Assembly: GCF_018977255.1 (NCBI RefSeq)
Contig: NW_024704742.1
Location: forward strand, 43,898,001-43,962,000
Length of the DNA: 64,000 nt
Source of the DNA: Callorhinchus milii
Taxonomy: Eukaryota
Reading direction: 5' to 3'
Shown: positions 51,001-63,000 of the stretch, piece by piece
How positions within the stretch are numbered: the stretch's first letter is position 1
Layout of the letters: each line of letters opens with the position of its first letter
Program-made: the position numbers and the translations under genes
The notes under the pieces: generated by a model
The model's input: only the letters and a program-made list of their open reading frames with translations
Told to the model about the DNA's origin: nothing
The model's database searches: none

Positions 51001-51294
51001 AACATTATGCAATCAAAATGCCCAAGATTTTTGCCAAAGTTTTTGCGAACCTGGAAGTTTCTTCCCATTTGGCTGCGTTCGTTGGAACCCTGGGACCGAG
51101 TAATGCAACGTTTTACAGACATTTTTTGCTGTTGCTGCAAGAAAAAGTGCTCTAACAAGATGAACAAAAAGGAAAAAGGAATCAAATCTTTTGAGGTTCA
51201 TGAGAATCCAGTATTCTTAGATGCTAAACAGAATGATGTGAAGGCATCTGCAGTTATAGAAAATGAAACACATGATCACACAACAAAAATGTAG
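38936..51294 (+). CDS. SLC34A2: SLC34A2, sodium-dependent phosphate cotransporter NaPi-IIb; complete, 12 coding exons, 652 aa
   Basis: join(38936-39005,39332-39460,39573-39701,39937-40080,40359-40470,41950-42145,46321-46416,47041-47161,48194-48361,48965-49081,49189-49313,50743-51294) = 1959 nt open frame. Two QSSS repeats, GTNIGT and [17 protein letters not shown], a C-terminal Cys cluster, and the position between ANAPC4 and SEL1L3 support IIb orthology. Confidence 0.96.
39332..39460 (+). CDS. SLC34A2: SLC34A2 coding exon 2
   Basis: ...[27 protein letters not shown]; ttag| and |gtattt. Confidence 0.92.
39573..39701 (+). CDS. SLC34A2: SLC34A2 coding exon 3
   Basis: [42 protein letters not shown]; |gtaagg. 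Confidence 0.95.
39937..40080 (+). CDS. SLC34A2: SLC34A2 coding exon 4
   Basis: [47 protein letters not shown]; |gtaagt. Confidence 0.96.
40359..40470 (+). CDS. SLC34A2: SLC34A2 coding exon 5
   Basis: [36 protein letters not shown]; |gtaaat. Confidence 0.96.
41583..41896 (+). mobile_element. Complete non-autonomous Helitron-like element (314 bp) in an SLC34A2 intron
   Basis: A|TCTATACTAATAAAG 5' end; subterminal palindrome tgcaagcgtagctgca; CTAG|T 3' end; A/T insertion site without a TSD. Confidence 0.75.
41950..42145 (+). CDS. SLC34A2: SLC34A2 coding exon 6
   Basis: [29 protein letters not shown]...EPLTKLIIE; |gtaagc. Confidence 0.96.
43010..44362 (+). mobile_element. CR1 LINE, internally deleted (5' UTR, endonuclease and RT fragments)
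   Basis: LTETWL...ELNIPGY...[28 protein letters not shown]...[18 protein letters not shown]. Confidence 0.92.
44472..45820 (+). mobile_element. L2 LINE, 5'-truncated
   Basis: [33 protein letters not shown] and 3' tail. Confidence 0.93.
46321..46416 (+). CDS. SLC34A2: SLC34A2 coding exon 7
   Basis: [32 protein letters not shown]; cag| and |gtaagt. Confidence 0.95.
47041..47161 (+). CDS. SLC34A2: SLC34A2 coding exon 8
   Basis: [40 protein letters not shown]; large extracellular loop with N-x-T sequons. Confidence 0.95.
48194..48361 (+). CDS. SLC34A2: SLC34A2 coding exon 9
   Basis: [55 protein letters not shown]; |gtgagt. Confidence 0.95.
48395..48562 (+). mobile_element. Deu-type SINE fragment
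   Basis: caatccacgactgtttgtgggacactgctgtgcgcacttggctgccgcg. Confidence 0.85.
48965..49081 (+). CDS. SLC34A2: SLC34A2 coding exon 10
   Basis: [38 protein letters not shown]; |gtaagt. Confidence 0.95.
49189..49313 (+). CDS. SLC34A2: SLC34A2 coding exon 11
   Basis: [41 protein letters not shown]; |gttagc. Confidence 0.95.
50283..50662 (+). mobile_element. tRNA-headed Deu-type SINE
   Basis: Head, Deu core, duplicated (TTA)n tail. Confidence 0.85.
50743..51294 (+). CDS. SLC34A2: SLC34A2 terminal coding exon
   Basis: [33 protein letters not shown]...[10 protein letters not shown]...HDHTTKM, then TAG. Confidence 0.96.
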   Translation: MALCHFFFNISGILIWYPIPFTRIPIRLAKGLGTYTANYRWFAVIYLIICFFLLPLLVFGLSVAGWQVLVGVGIPVILLIIIVIIVNIMQSKCPRFLPKFLRTWKFLPIWLRSLEPWDRVMQRFTDIFCCCCKKKCSNKMNKKEKGIKSFEVHENPVFLDAKQNDVKASAVIENETHDHTTKM

Positions 51295-53564
51295 AAACGG
51301 AACTAAGCAAACACCTAAAGTATACTTTGCAAAATAGAACAATTGTTTTATGGGATTAACCGTTATCAGCACCTATCACTTCTGATACTCTCAATGGATT
51401 GGCAAAAATCTATGTAAAAGTGATTCCTTCACCAATTTATATTGTTTTGGATTGTTGTTCTCTGTATTAGTCACTTATCCTTCTGCCCTTTCACTGATCT
51501 ACCAACCCAAATATCATGATCTTTTATCTTAACAAAACATGTGTATACATGAACCAAAATATTACTGCTATCAATAGCACATTAATACTGGCACATTAGG
51601 ATATATTAAGATTGGAAGATTTAATATTGATCAACAATGAAAAATGTTCCAAAAACAAATATGTAATTGGATTACCATGGTTAGTTTGCACTAACCTAAC
51701 CTTGTGACTTGAAATATTTAGCGAGGTAGGCCTGTAGGATTCCAACGAAACAGCAGATTTTACATTGTACAATAAGTACTAGTTGAAACACATAAATTGT
51801 TTTAATTTGCTCAACTATGTGAATCTTAATCATAGATGTCCTATTTGAAAATTACTCTGATAGTTGTCACAAGTCAGTTTTTCTGTTGTTTCCTAGTTTA
51901 TTTGTGTTTTATGGGTATTCAGACGTCAATTCATAGTGAGGTAACAATAAGATTAAATTCCAAATTATAATTCATTGTGCACAATTACCTCTTAATGATA
52001 CGGAATTGAACTGTGGGACAGAACAACATTAAAGCGTAAAATGGGTGCACTAGGGAAAAATACAATACTTCCCAACAAAGGGGTGCTTCACAACCTTTGG
52101 GACTGATTGGAAAAAGCGACGTCATGATTCTTGAGGGTGAAAAATTCCTAGTGTAGTGCTGACCAGCTCAGCACCCCTCTGTGTAAGACACATTGGTTAT
52201 AAATTCTTGAGTAAGATGCTCATGTACCATGGATTCTGTGCATTATTTCTACCTGAGGTCAAGTTTCAACAATATTTATATGTATGTCGGTTCTGTTAGA
52301 ATGGTGCTATCATGATAACTGCAATTGGCTAACAAATGTCTTGTGACATGCGCCTCACTCATATTCTGCTGTCAGGTCACAAAGATCTCAGAATTTTAGT
52401 TGGTATGATGATATGTGACAATCATCCTGTGAATTGTAGCAGGAGTGTTTGAATGGCTGAAACTATTCTATCACAATGTCAACCAGTATTTGAACCATTG
52501 GAAGTGAGTATTCTGACAGTGCAGTACAAGTATTGAGTTGAACATGCATTTATAATGTCATTTTAAGTTGATATTGTATAGAGACACAATGATAACATCT
52601 AACGATATCAGTTCTTTCAGCTTTATTGGTAGAGAATTAGATTCCCTAACTCAGAGGCTTGCAAGTTTAAATCCAATTTTTTTTTTGGAGGGGGGGTTAA
52701 CGAAGAGGTTCCATGTGGTGGCATTTTGTGAGTGCTTACTGCAATTTTCAGTTACCTGTACATGTTATCAAAGAGCCCTTCACGTGCTGCCACATGGAAC
52801 ATAGAACTTTTGTGCTGCCGCCATAGGTAGAGGTTCAGCAATTCGCAGCCAGATTGCTGGAGGCTATGCACAAGCACTATCCCAGGGCACGGTCCCCGCT
52901 CCTCACTATTTCTACTTTTGCAGGATGGTCATAGAAAGGATAATAATGACACCCTGTGTCTGTGACCCATTCTATTCCATGCTCCATAGAAGCAAAGCTT
53001 AAAATGGGAAAGAAATAAATAGATAGATATCTAAAAAGGGATATGAGGAATTTGAAGGAGGTATGAGGAATACAGGAAACATAGGAAAACAAGAATAGAG
53101 GGAGACAATTCAGCCCCTCGAGTCTTTTCCAGATTACAGGGTAAATGGGACCAAATGGATTGCTCTTTTAGAGTAGCAGCAGTGACACCATGTGCCAAAA
53201 GGCCTTCTTCTATGCTGTAAATTTCTGTGGTTCTAAATCCACTAAAATACATCAGTGCCCTGAGATGTCTTTCCGATGCGAAGGGCGCTACACAAGTGTA
53301 ATTTGTTGTTGTTGTAAAAAAAGAAATTAGATTTACTATGAAAGGGATTAAAATGTAAGAGACTGGAATATAATTCACTGAAATTTCATCTTTGACATGT
53401 TAATATACTTTTTTAGCAGAATTTATAATGTATGTATTGAATGAGTAATTGCCTAAATATGCAGAGCCATATTAATTCGAATTATGAACTTTGGTCTATA
53501 TTTTGTGAAAGTTGTTTTTCTATTGTTTTCTAAATTTTCAATGACTTCTAAAGACTGTGGTGAT

Positions 53565-53570
53565 ATTAAA
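53565..53570 (+). terminator. Candidate polyadenylation signal of SLC34A2
   Basis: ATTAAA followed by a T-rich tract; other candidates at 51952 and 53014; not resolvable without RNA data. Confidence 0.3.
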
Positions 53571-53699
53571 ATATACATTTCATATATTACAAAAAATGTT
53601 TTTTACTTACTTGCAATATTCAAATCATACATACTTTAACTGTTAACATGCATAAGATATTCAAAGTTATTTTCAGATTTAGTGAACAATTTGTAAACA

Positions 53700-53990
53700 T
53701 CAAAATTAAAACCCTCCAGTTTCCAAAGTTCTTACAATCAGAACTAAGCTGGTTAGAAATGAGATCATAAAACATTTCTTCACACGAAGGTTTACGAGAT
53801 GTGGAATGCATTGCTCCAGAAGCCCATTGTTTCAGAGTTGATTGGAATTTTTAAAAGGCAGAGCGACAGGTAAATACTTGAGAGTTAGGTATTCGGGGAT
53901 ATGGAGAAAAGATGGAAATCCCATTAAAAGATCTACCATCATTTAATAGAACAGGCTTGATATCCAGAATCGCATGGTCTTGTTCCTGTT
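53700..53990 (+). mobile_element. Old CR1 3' fragment
   Basis: HFFTRRFTRCGMH-type end and ggggatatggagaaaag 3' UTR; an older minus-strand CR1 piece lies at about 54800-55225. Confidence 0.6.
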
Positions 53991-56625
53991 TGACTACAAT
54001 GTTTTCCCCAAATGTTGCCAATTCCCACTTCCTCTCAAATAAACCTGGTTATTCATTTAATTGCTGTTTGCAGGACATTACCATGTGCACATTCGCTGTT
54101 GAGTTCGCCTACAAATACACGCTTACTACACTTCACAGTAACACCCTGGGAAGAGCCATTAAGATGTCTTGGTGATGTGATAAGGCACTATACCAAATGC
54201 AAAGATTTATTTATTTATTATCTCTCATGCATTCAGTTATCCTGTACACATCCTCTGCATTTTTGGTTTTGGTTTTCCACATGAAGTAACATCCAAAGAA
54301 ATCATGCAGTTTGATGCCTAAATAACCGAGGGTGGTAGTAATTCATCTCTGTCATGCTAAATCCAGCTCCTTTCCCCTGGTTGAACTGAGCATGACAAAT
54401 CCTTGGAGTCCGTAAACTGCTTGTACAATTTTCCTGTTGTGAATTGAATTATTGCACAACAAATCTGCAGTAATTACAGCACAAAACTCCTGTAATTTCC
54501 TCCTATTAATGTCACAGCATGCCTTTAAGCACCAGGTTTACTTCACAAATCCACAATAGAATGATGAAGCTCTTTCCCAAACTCTAGTATTAATCCCCCA
54601 CCCACTCCTCACCACCATCTTCTCTCAGTTACTGATGAAGATGCTTTTAAAACAAATACATTGAAGTAAATTGCCGACTAATATAACAAACACTTGTACA
54701 ACTGCCTTATTTGGGGTATCTTCCAGACTCATCACAAAAAAGCTTCCTCTCTCCCCCAACTCTCCCATTTGTTTCCTCCTTTGGTCACACATTATCAGAG
54801 AAAGCAGGTCTACCTAGCCTTGAGTACATTTCCTGGTAACCCGTTTCAACTGTTAATTATCCTCTGGGTAAAGAAATACTTCCTGGTCTCTATCCTAAAA
54901 CTGTCCTCTGCTATCCTGAACCTGTGTTCTTGTTCTGTTGCCCTAGTATTTCTGAAAGTATTGTTCTGAATTTACATTTTCAATCCCATTTAAAATCTTA
55001 TATTCCTTCATATTGTTCCCTCTTGAGATGTCTCTTTTCCAGCCAGAAGAACCCTAACTTATCTAATCATTGCTCTTGGTTGATTCCTTGAATACTGAGG
55101 ATCATCCTCATTGTTTTACTCTGTACCACCTCTAGAGTCTAGACAGCCCTCTCATGGTGACCAGAACTGTATGCAATATTCTAGGTGCAACCTAATCACA
55201 GCACTGTAAAACTTGAGCATGTCTTCAGAGATCTGAACTTGAGACCCATTCACCAAACAGAAGTGCAATTCCTCATAGCTGAAGCACATCAAGCAGATTA
55301 TCCAGTGTTGTGGTGAGCAAAGCCCAGCTGATGTTTTCTTCTCAGGCGGTTCCCTTGGAAGAGAGAGTTAGTTTGTGCCAACCATGTGAATGCTTGGTGA
55401 CTTTCAGTGATATTCCTGTGACCTAACCTCATTGTGTGAGTTTGCAAAACATCAAAGGCAATAAATGAAAAAAAGAATGGAGGAGAAGTACACATCGTTA
55501 GGTTCAACCGAATGACACAACTGAATTACCCCCGAGCACCTAGATTAACAATCCTGTGGATTAATCTGACATGATTGCACGTCTGATCATTGGACTTTGC
55601 TGGGTGTATATGATCGCAAAATGTTATTAATTTGAAAGGGATTAGCTGTAAAATGCTTTGAGATATTTCAACATGATAAGGTGCTATAAAAATAGACATT
55701 ATTTCGAACGTTCAGCACTCTTGAATTGACACACATGCCAATTAGATAAGGGGAAAGTAAGGTAAAAATGGTTAAACGTTGACCTTTGTCCTACTTTGTA
55801 TGGCAAAATAAGATTAGTGATCCACCTATGTTTCTAAGTAGAAATGTTCCTATACACATGTAAAAGGTATCAGATAATTTAGTCTCATTAATCCTACTAT
55901 TTAATTTTATAGCCACATTGAGGGACAGAGTTGAATGTTTCAAATGTAGCTCATCAACAACATTTTGGAGAAGAATATTGCACAGTAAAAAGGATCTCCT
56001 TATATGGGCCCTCTGCAGGGAATGTGATCTTGGGACTCATTTATCTGCATCATGCAAAAAGAAACCTTAATGCAGGATAGTAGAGGTTTCTTAGGCTAAA
56101 AGAACACAATGATGACTTCTCACCAAGGATTAGTCTAAATAAATCCATGATTTGGTTTGCTACATATTCCAATAATACATTAACATATTTTAACTTGGTA
56201 GTTTAGCACTGAGCTAGACACGTCGCACTTATGCAATCCTTAATGATAAGAGATGGAAAGGACATCACTGGAATAACAGCTTATAATTTTGTTATTTATT
56301 ATAGTAATTTATTATAATTTATTATTATTATAATAATATAATTTATTGTTAGTCAGAATAATTGAAGACTATAGGAACAATATAATTGGAAAACAGTGTT
56401 GAATATTGAGGAAAATCTTTTTAAACCAAAGATATTATTGGGAAAATGGAGAACAAACTCAAGGGATTCTATAAATGTCTATCAAAATGAAAGGGTATTC
56501 TGAATTGGAAGCATTGCAAATCTTGTGCAACTGAAGAATTTATTGTGGTCATCCAGATGTCTGGGACATACGTGGAAATCCATCACCCTGCTTAGGAGTA
56601 TCTAAACCAATTTGAGGATTCCATA

Positions 56626-56777
56626 AAAGGCAAAGTACTGCAGATCCTGGAAATTTGATATAAACACAGAAGTCGCTGGGAACACACAGCAGATCAGGCA
56701 GATTCCATGGAGAGAGGAAAATGAGTTAATGTTTTTTCTGACAAAAGGTCATCGATCTGAAACGTTAACTCATTTCT
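56626..56777 (+). mobile_element. Penelope-type short palindromic repeat with a decayed minimal hammerhead core
   Basis: actgcagatcctggaaat...cagcagatcaggcag...gagttaatgttt ctgacaa aaggtc atc gatct gaaacgtt aactc. Confidence 0.55.
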
Positions 56778-56987
56778 TTGCCGGACAGCGATATCAATGG
56801 CAAGCTATGTGGTTTTAGTTGGTTAGACTCCAGTAGTACCCCAATGCACACTCTGGGGTCCCCAAGCCTTGGCTCTTCCCAACCTGTGTCTAATACTTTC
56901 CGGAATTATGTAAACAAGATGTGTCCCTCCAGGGAGAGAGTGTGCATTCCATTCCAACAATCCATCTCCGGGATTTCTACGTGTATT

Positions 56988-57447
56988 TAATAATAACAAT
57001 CTTTGCATTTGATATAGCACCTTATCAAGTCTTCAAGACATCTCAATGTGTTTCACAGAATATATTGTATATTGACTGTATATTCTGTGGGCAAAACGCG
57101 GCAGCCAATTGTGCACAGCAGTGGCCCACAAACAGTCGTGGATTGAGTGACCAAATTATTATTATTTTATTTTTAAAGTTTCAGCGCCTTGGGACGTCCT
57201 CCCGACGTGAAAGGCGCTCAATAAATGGAATCTTGTTGTTGTTGTTGTTGTAAAGTTTATTTTGAAGGGATTATTACCCCTGGAAAAGCAATCCGCCAAT
57301 CAACTAACAACCAGGTTCCTATTTCCTGCTAGATAAACAGAGGCGTGTGGAGTAAGGAAACTTGCCCAACATTTCGTGCTGTGGGAATCAAATCCAGGTC
57401 CTCTCGCTTGCGAGGCAAGTGCTCTAACCACTACTCCACAGGACTTC
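56988..57447 (-). mobile_element. Deu-type SINE with a nested L2 tail (57182-57250, +, 8-bp TSD taaagttt)
   Basis: SINE body is continuous across the insertion; TSD at 57174-57181 and 57251-57258. Confidence 0.88.
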
Positions 57448-59904
57448 ACATAGGTGTAGGTGGGATGCATGGAAATATAAGCTTGGTTTGGATACTCTTA
57501 AGCATAGTGACGGGTTTCCGCACGTGTCAGATACCCGGCTGATCCCCGCGCACAAAAATATATAGTGCCCTTCATGCAGACTAGCATCAACCAAAGTGTA
57601 ATAAAATTACAATAATTTTTTTGGCTCGAGTGTAACATTCCAAAAGATCTGAAGAACAAAAGAAGCAATTCTCCTCCATATAAACATGTTTAATTTAAAT
57701 GGTCTTTGTTCTGTTCATCCGTGCAAAATGCTCTAATGTAGCGTCTGCTGGTTTGTAATTACAATAACCTTTTTTTTAATAATTGGATGACTGCCAATAA
57801 CAAATTACTCTAATTTTACAGATTTATTTTAAATGCATTCAAGGATTTTCAAAAGCATATACTAATCAGGGAAAAGAGAAATCTGTTCATCTTTAATCAG
57901 GAAATATTTAGTAGATATCAGGAATGGATTCATTATTGAATGGATTCATAATTACTGTAATCGCTTATTAAATGTCAGCATTTGTGACCAACTTCATCTT
58001 GGAGTTTATTGAGATCAGAGTTAAACTCATTAAACCAGGAAAAGAAAATTTCAATCCAATGTAGCGCCGAAGAAAGCAGGAAGCAAAGCAATAGTTCATT
58101 TGAACATTTATCCTAAAATATAGCCCGGACTGTTTACTAGCCTCCTAGCTACACATGTTTAACATTTCCATGACTGTATTTTCCTTAGATCTATTACCTT
58201 TCTGTCCGTAACTGTAAATTACATCCATTCAACACAATCTGAAAGGAATAGTATGAAAACACCATGTTCACAATTAAAACTCTGAAACAGAGATTCCATT
58301 CAAAGTCCCATATTTTGGTTTCAACACAAAAATTTCCTGTGAAATTTAAAAGCCAGCTTTTCCAAAGTTCTCAAAAGAATTTTCCAAAAATCTTCACAAC
58401 ATTAAATTATTGGGCAATTGTCTTAAGGTTAAGACTATGAGGACATAAGGGCATCAGGACTCCAATTCTGAACTTATTCTGAGCCTAGAAGAAAATGTTG
58501 TACATAAATAATCATCTGGGCCAAGAAGTCTGAAAGGATTTGTGAAGATCAAATATATAATTATTTGCTTAGTACATTAGTGACATCTGGTGGCAGACTA
58601 ACCATATTGCACCAATGTTTACAATACACATGGGTGTAGGACACACCATATGTGTCATGCTAACCTATCCAGGATCAGAGTAGCAAAGGGCAATATGAGA
58701 CCAGACACCAGAAAGCATTTCTGTATCCAGAGGGTAATTAACAATTGGAACAAGTTATCTGTAAGGTTGATGGAGGAGCCTGGATTTGTTTAATTTGTTT
58801 AACAGCTTGATGCTGTAATAGGATGGCAAGGTGGGTATTGTGGAAGGATGAGATCAGATAGGCCAAAGGCTTTTCTTCATCTGACCCGCTCCTGTGATCG
58901 TGTGAGACCACAGCTCTGATCCATGGCAGTCTCAGAATGCTAATGCCAGAAATATGACTTTCAAGAATTAAATTCAATGTCCTCCTGACATAAAATGTAA
59001 TTTTGTATTGTATTCTCTGCTGTAAAATTGAGTTGAAATACCTCTCAAATGTAGCTCTCAGCTTTTCACCCTGAAATAACATTATTAAAGCTCAATTGAT
59101 AAAATCAATCACTGTGAATATTGGTTGATGTGAGAGCATGTTTTTAAAACTAACAGGATTAAAGCCTGGCCACATTGGGAGTTATTCTGTTCTGTAAACT
59201 TAATGGTGTGAGAGACAGATTATTCTCTTGTGTTCCTTAAATGTTAGGAATGTGTCTCTACATTGGCATAAACTACAAAACCTGAATTTTTAAATTCTGA
59301 AATTTGATGTTACACCTGTCCCATTATGCTGTTTTTACTTTTAATACTGTATTGCACTTATAACATGAACAAATGTACCAAACAGAGGAGAATAATGCTT
59401 TGCACAACCAAGTAATTGGATCACACAGAACAGAATAGTTCCACTCTGGCTTCTGTACCCACAACTATTTTCAGAATGAGAATCAATCATAAAATACTCC
59501 AAACTGTTTATATTTTGTGAACAATCCATATTCACATTTTAATTTGGAACTAAACAATAATCATGGTTTGAGGCAAATATGATTAAAATGTTGAAGATTT
59601 ACACATTAGAGATTACCTTTTTAAAGACCCTTGGTATCCTTTTATTTACTTTTTTACTGTCACACAATGATAGTTTCATTGCATCAAAACTAAAAATTTC
59701 ACATGACTGAGACATTGCTTCAATGGCATTCAAATATATTAAATATTTTCCCCTTGTGCTCATAACTTTTAATGGTTAGGTCCATTGACACATGTGTACT
59801 ATCACTGATGAGTAGAACATTCATGAATAGAAAACCCCAAAGAATGTCTTATTCAATTGTATTTTTTTAAAAATTATTGGTGGATCAGTCTATATATGAT
59901 AATG

Positions 59905-60059
59905 TTACTCAACAATTCCTGTCTCACTCAGTTCCACATCTTCTGCTGCAGTGGAAGATAATGATGCTTCTTCTAGATTGGAGGCATCAGATTCAGTCAT
60001 TCCATTAGATGAATTCATGACTGGATACTGTTCATTTACATTTGTAGAGGGGATGATTG
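59905..60059 (-). CDS. SEL1L3: SEL1L3 terminal coding exon
   Basis: ggtttcag|CAATCATC...[60 protein letters not shown], stop. Confidence 0.75.
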
Positions 60060-63000
60060 CTGAAACCAGAGAGAAACCAAACAGTTTGTTTAAAATAGGT
60101 TAAGTTTAATAGATAAGATTTACACATTAAAAAAGAGAGGTTTTGAAAATAGCAGACAAGTTACAGAAAACAAGAGTGGGAAGAATTCTGCTCCTGTGTC
60201 CTGCAGACCCGCCTGGCTCAGCAACTACTGAGACCATCACAGAGGGTCAACTCAATTCTGACATTCTGTGTCCAAGAAAGTTACTGTGAAGCCAGCAGTC
60301 GTAAACCCTACTTACCTCCCCACCCCACCCTCCCCACCCACCGCCGAGAAAAGACCCTAGTTGGTCATTTGACATCTGACAAGTGCAAGTTTGAGCCCTC
60401 ACTAGGTGAATAGCAGTTACCAGCAACTCCCTGCAAGCTTATTGGCGACCAGTACAATTCAGCACAAAATATTTGAGAGCATTGCCACCATCCAGTAGCC
60501 TATAGCTCGGACAAACATCCCTCACCACTGAGCGATAGTTCCACCAGTTTGAGGTGTGGAGCTTCAGCAGCAGCTGCTCAACTCTCTGCATATAAGTCAG
60601 GCTGGAGAGCAAGCTCAGGATATATGAACTTATGCTCATCAACCGAGACTTCAGTAGCACCATCCAGCACCTGTTGTGCCAAGCTTCAGAGTTTCCTCAA
60701 CATCTGCAGTGGGAAAGGAAACATGATAACTGAGTGGGAAAACTTTGGGGTGAAACATAGAGATACAGCACAAAAAGAGGCCGTTGAGTCCATCAAATCT
60801 ATGCTTGTGCTAGTTCCAACACTGCAGTGATTTGCTCTGTACCTAGTTCCCTGTTTTTTCTCCATAACTCTGAATAAATTAAGGGTATTTTTCTCACAGA
60901 ATTTCTTAATAAGGAGCTCCACTCAAAAAAGTAATCCCACCAGAGTTCTGACTAATCAAAGTGAAGCATTCCTGTTTTTCTTATTAAAAAATCAGGTAAA
61001 AGAATGAACAATTATTAAAATCACGTATCCATTGATTGAGGAAATAAATATACCAGGAATCTCACTGTCACTCTATCCATTGTAGTAGTCACAGCCACTT
61101 GCTTTTTTTTGGGGTTAGCCGGGTGTCTGACACATGCAAAAGCTCATCACCATGCTGAGAAAAGCCAAACCAAACTTAAGGCCTTCAAGGCCCTGTCCTT
61201 GAGTGGTTTAGGTTGTACCTCTCCCACCGTCTTCACTTTGTTTCCACGAACGGCTTTTCCTCCAGTCCCCGCACTGTCTCGTGCGGTGTCCCTCAGGGCT
61301 CTGTCCTTCGTCCACTCCTCTTCACCCTCTATATGCTCCCCCTTTGGTGACATCATCCGCAGACATGGAGTTAACTTCCACATGTATGCGGATGACACAC
61401 AACTCTACCTTTCCTCCTCTACCCTCAACTCCACGACCACCGATGTCCTGACAGCTGCCTGTCCGACATCGAGTCCTGGACGAGAGACAACTTTCTTCAG
61501 CTCAACGTGCGTAAAACTGAGGCCCTCCTGATTGGCTCACGTCAGCGCCTCCGCACCTCAGGGCTGACAGCATCAGCATCCAAGGCTGCACTCTCCACCT
61601 CTCAAAGCCAGTCAGGCACCTCGGCGTTTTGTTCGACCCTGAGCTGTCCTTTCTCCCTCACATCCGCACCACAACTGGCACCGCCTTCCATCACCTCCAG
61701 AATATCGCCAGACTACAGCATTACCTCACCCCTCACGCTGCTCAAACTCTGGTCCACGCCTTTATCACCTCAAGGCTGGACTATGGGAACTCTCTCCTCG
61801 CCGGCCTTCCCGGCACCTCCCTCCACAAGCTGCAGGTCATTCAGAACTCTGCAGCTCGTGTACTGTCCCGCACCAGGCTTCGCGGCCACATCACTCCCAC
61901 CCTCGCTCGCCTCCACTGGCTCCCCATCCCCCAGAGGATCGAATTCAAGATCCTCATCCTCACCTACAAGGCCATTCACGGCCTTGCTCCCTCCTACCTC
62001 TCCGACCTACTATCCCCCTACCTACCTGCCCGTACCCTCCGTTCCTCTGGCTCCGGTCTGCTCCACATCCCCCGTCCCAATCGCCCTACCATCGGTGGTC
62101 GGGCCTTCAGCCTCTCAGCCCCGAGGCTCTGGAACTCTATCCCCCAGTGCCTTCGCCGCCTCCTCCCTTTCCTCCTTCAAGGCCGGTCTCAAGACCTTTC
62201 TCTTTGAACGTGCCTTCAGCTCCCCTCTCGACCCTCTACCCCCTCCTCGCTCCCTCCCTTCCCTCCCCTCACCCTGACCATTTCCCCCCTCCTCGCTCCC
62301 TCCCTTCTACCCTCACCCTGACCATTTCCCCCTGCTCGGGTCCTGACCCAACTGTACAGCGCCTTGGGACGTCCTCCCGACGTGAAAAGCGCTCTATAAA
62401 TGGAATCTTGTTGTTGTTGTTGTTGTTAAAGAGTTCCATGTATCCCACCTACATATGGAAATTCCAGAGATATTTATTGGAAAGGAATGTGCACTCCCTC
62501 GCTTGAGGGATACACCCTGTTTACCTAATTCTAAAGAGTATTAGGTGCAGGTTGGCAAGAGCCAAGGCTTGGAGACACCAGAGTGTGCATTGGGGTACTG
62601 ATGGAATCTAACCAACTAAAATCATATAGCTTGCCAATGAAAGCACTGCCTGGCAAGTTTCCCGTTGCTTGCCTGCCAAGGACCACCCATTAGGGCTTTG
62701 GCTCACAGGGTTAATAGGAGCTGAGTGGGAAGATTCCCTGTCCCCAGTGTTTTGCTCTGTGAGCTCTGTACAGACCGATTCAACAAATTAATTTTCAGTA
62801 TTGTCTTCAAACTATTTGGCTGTCACGCATTTCATACGTTTTAATAGTTAACAGTTCAGAACACACTCAAGAATGAATGTAATAATTACCTGTAGAAACC
62901 CAGAAGTGTTTTACTGCGAACAGTAGCAGGGTTGATAAGACCACTGAGCCTGTAGTGAAAAACTGGGGGAAAAAAACACCACTTAAGGACTCGAGGATTG

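Noticed and set aside
57510..57547. HDV-like ribozyme at the end of the unclassified repeat (GGCTAA-type motif)
   Set aside because: I could not build the P1/P3/P1.1 nested pseudoknot; a simple hairpin explains the pairing.
61109..62277. RT-like ORFs with YADD (also 886-1588 and 44641-45048) as genes or a retron-like system
   Set aside because: 5'-truncated, frameshifted L2 retrotransposon copies.
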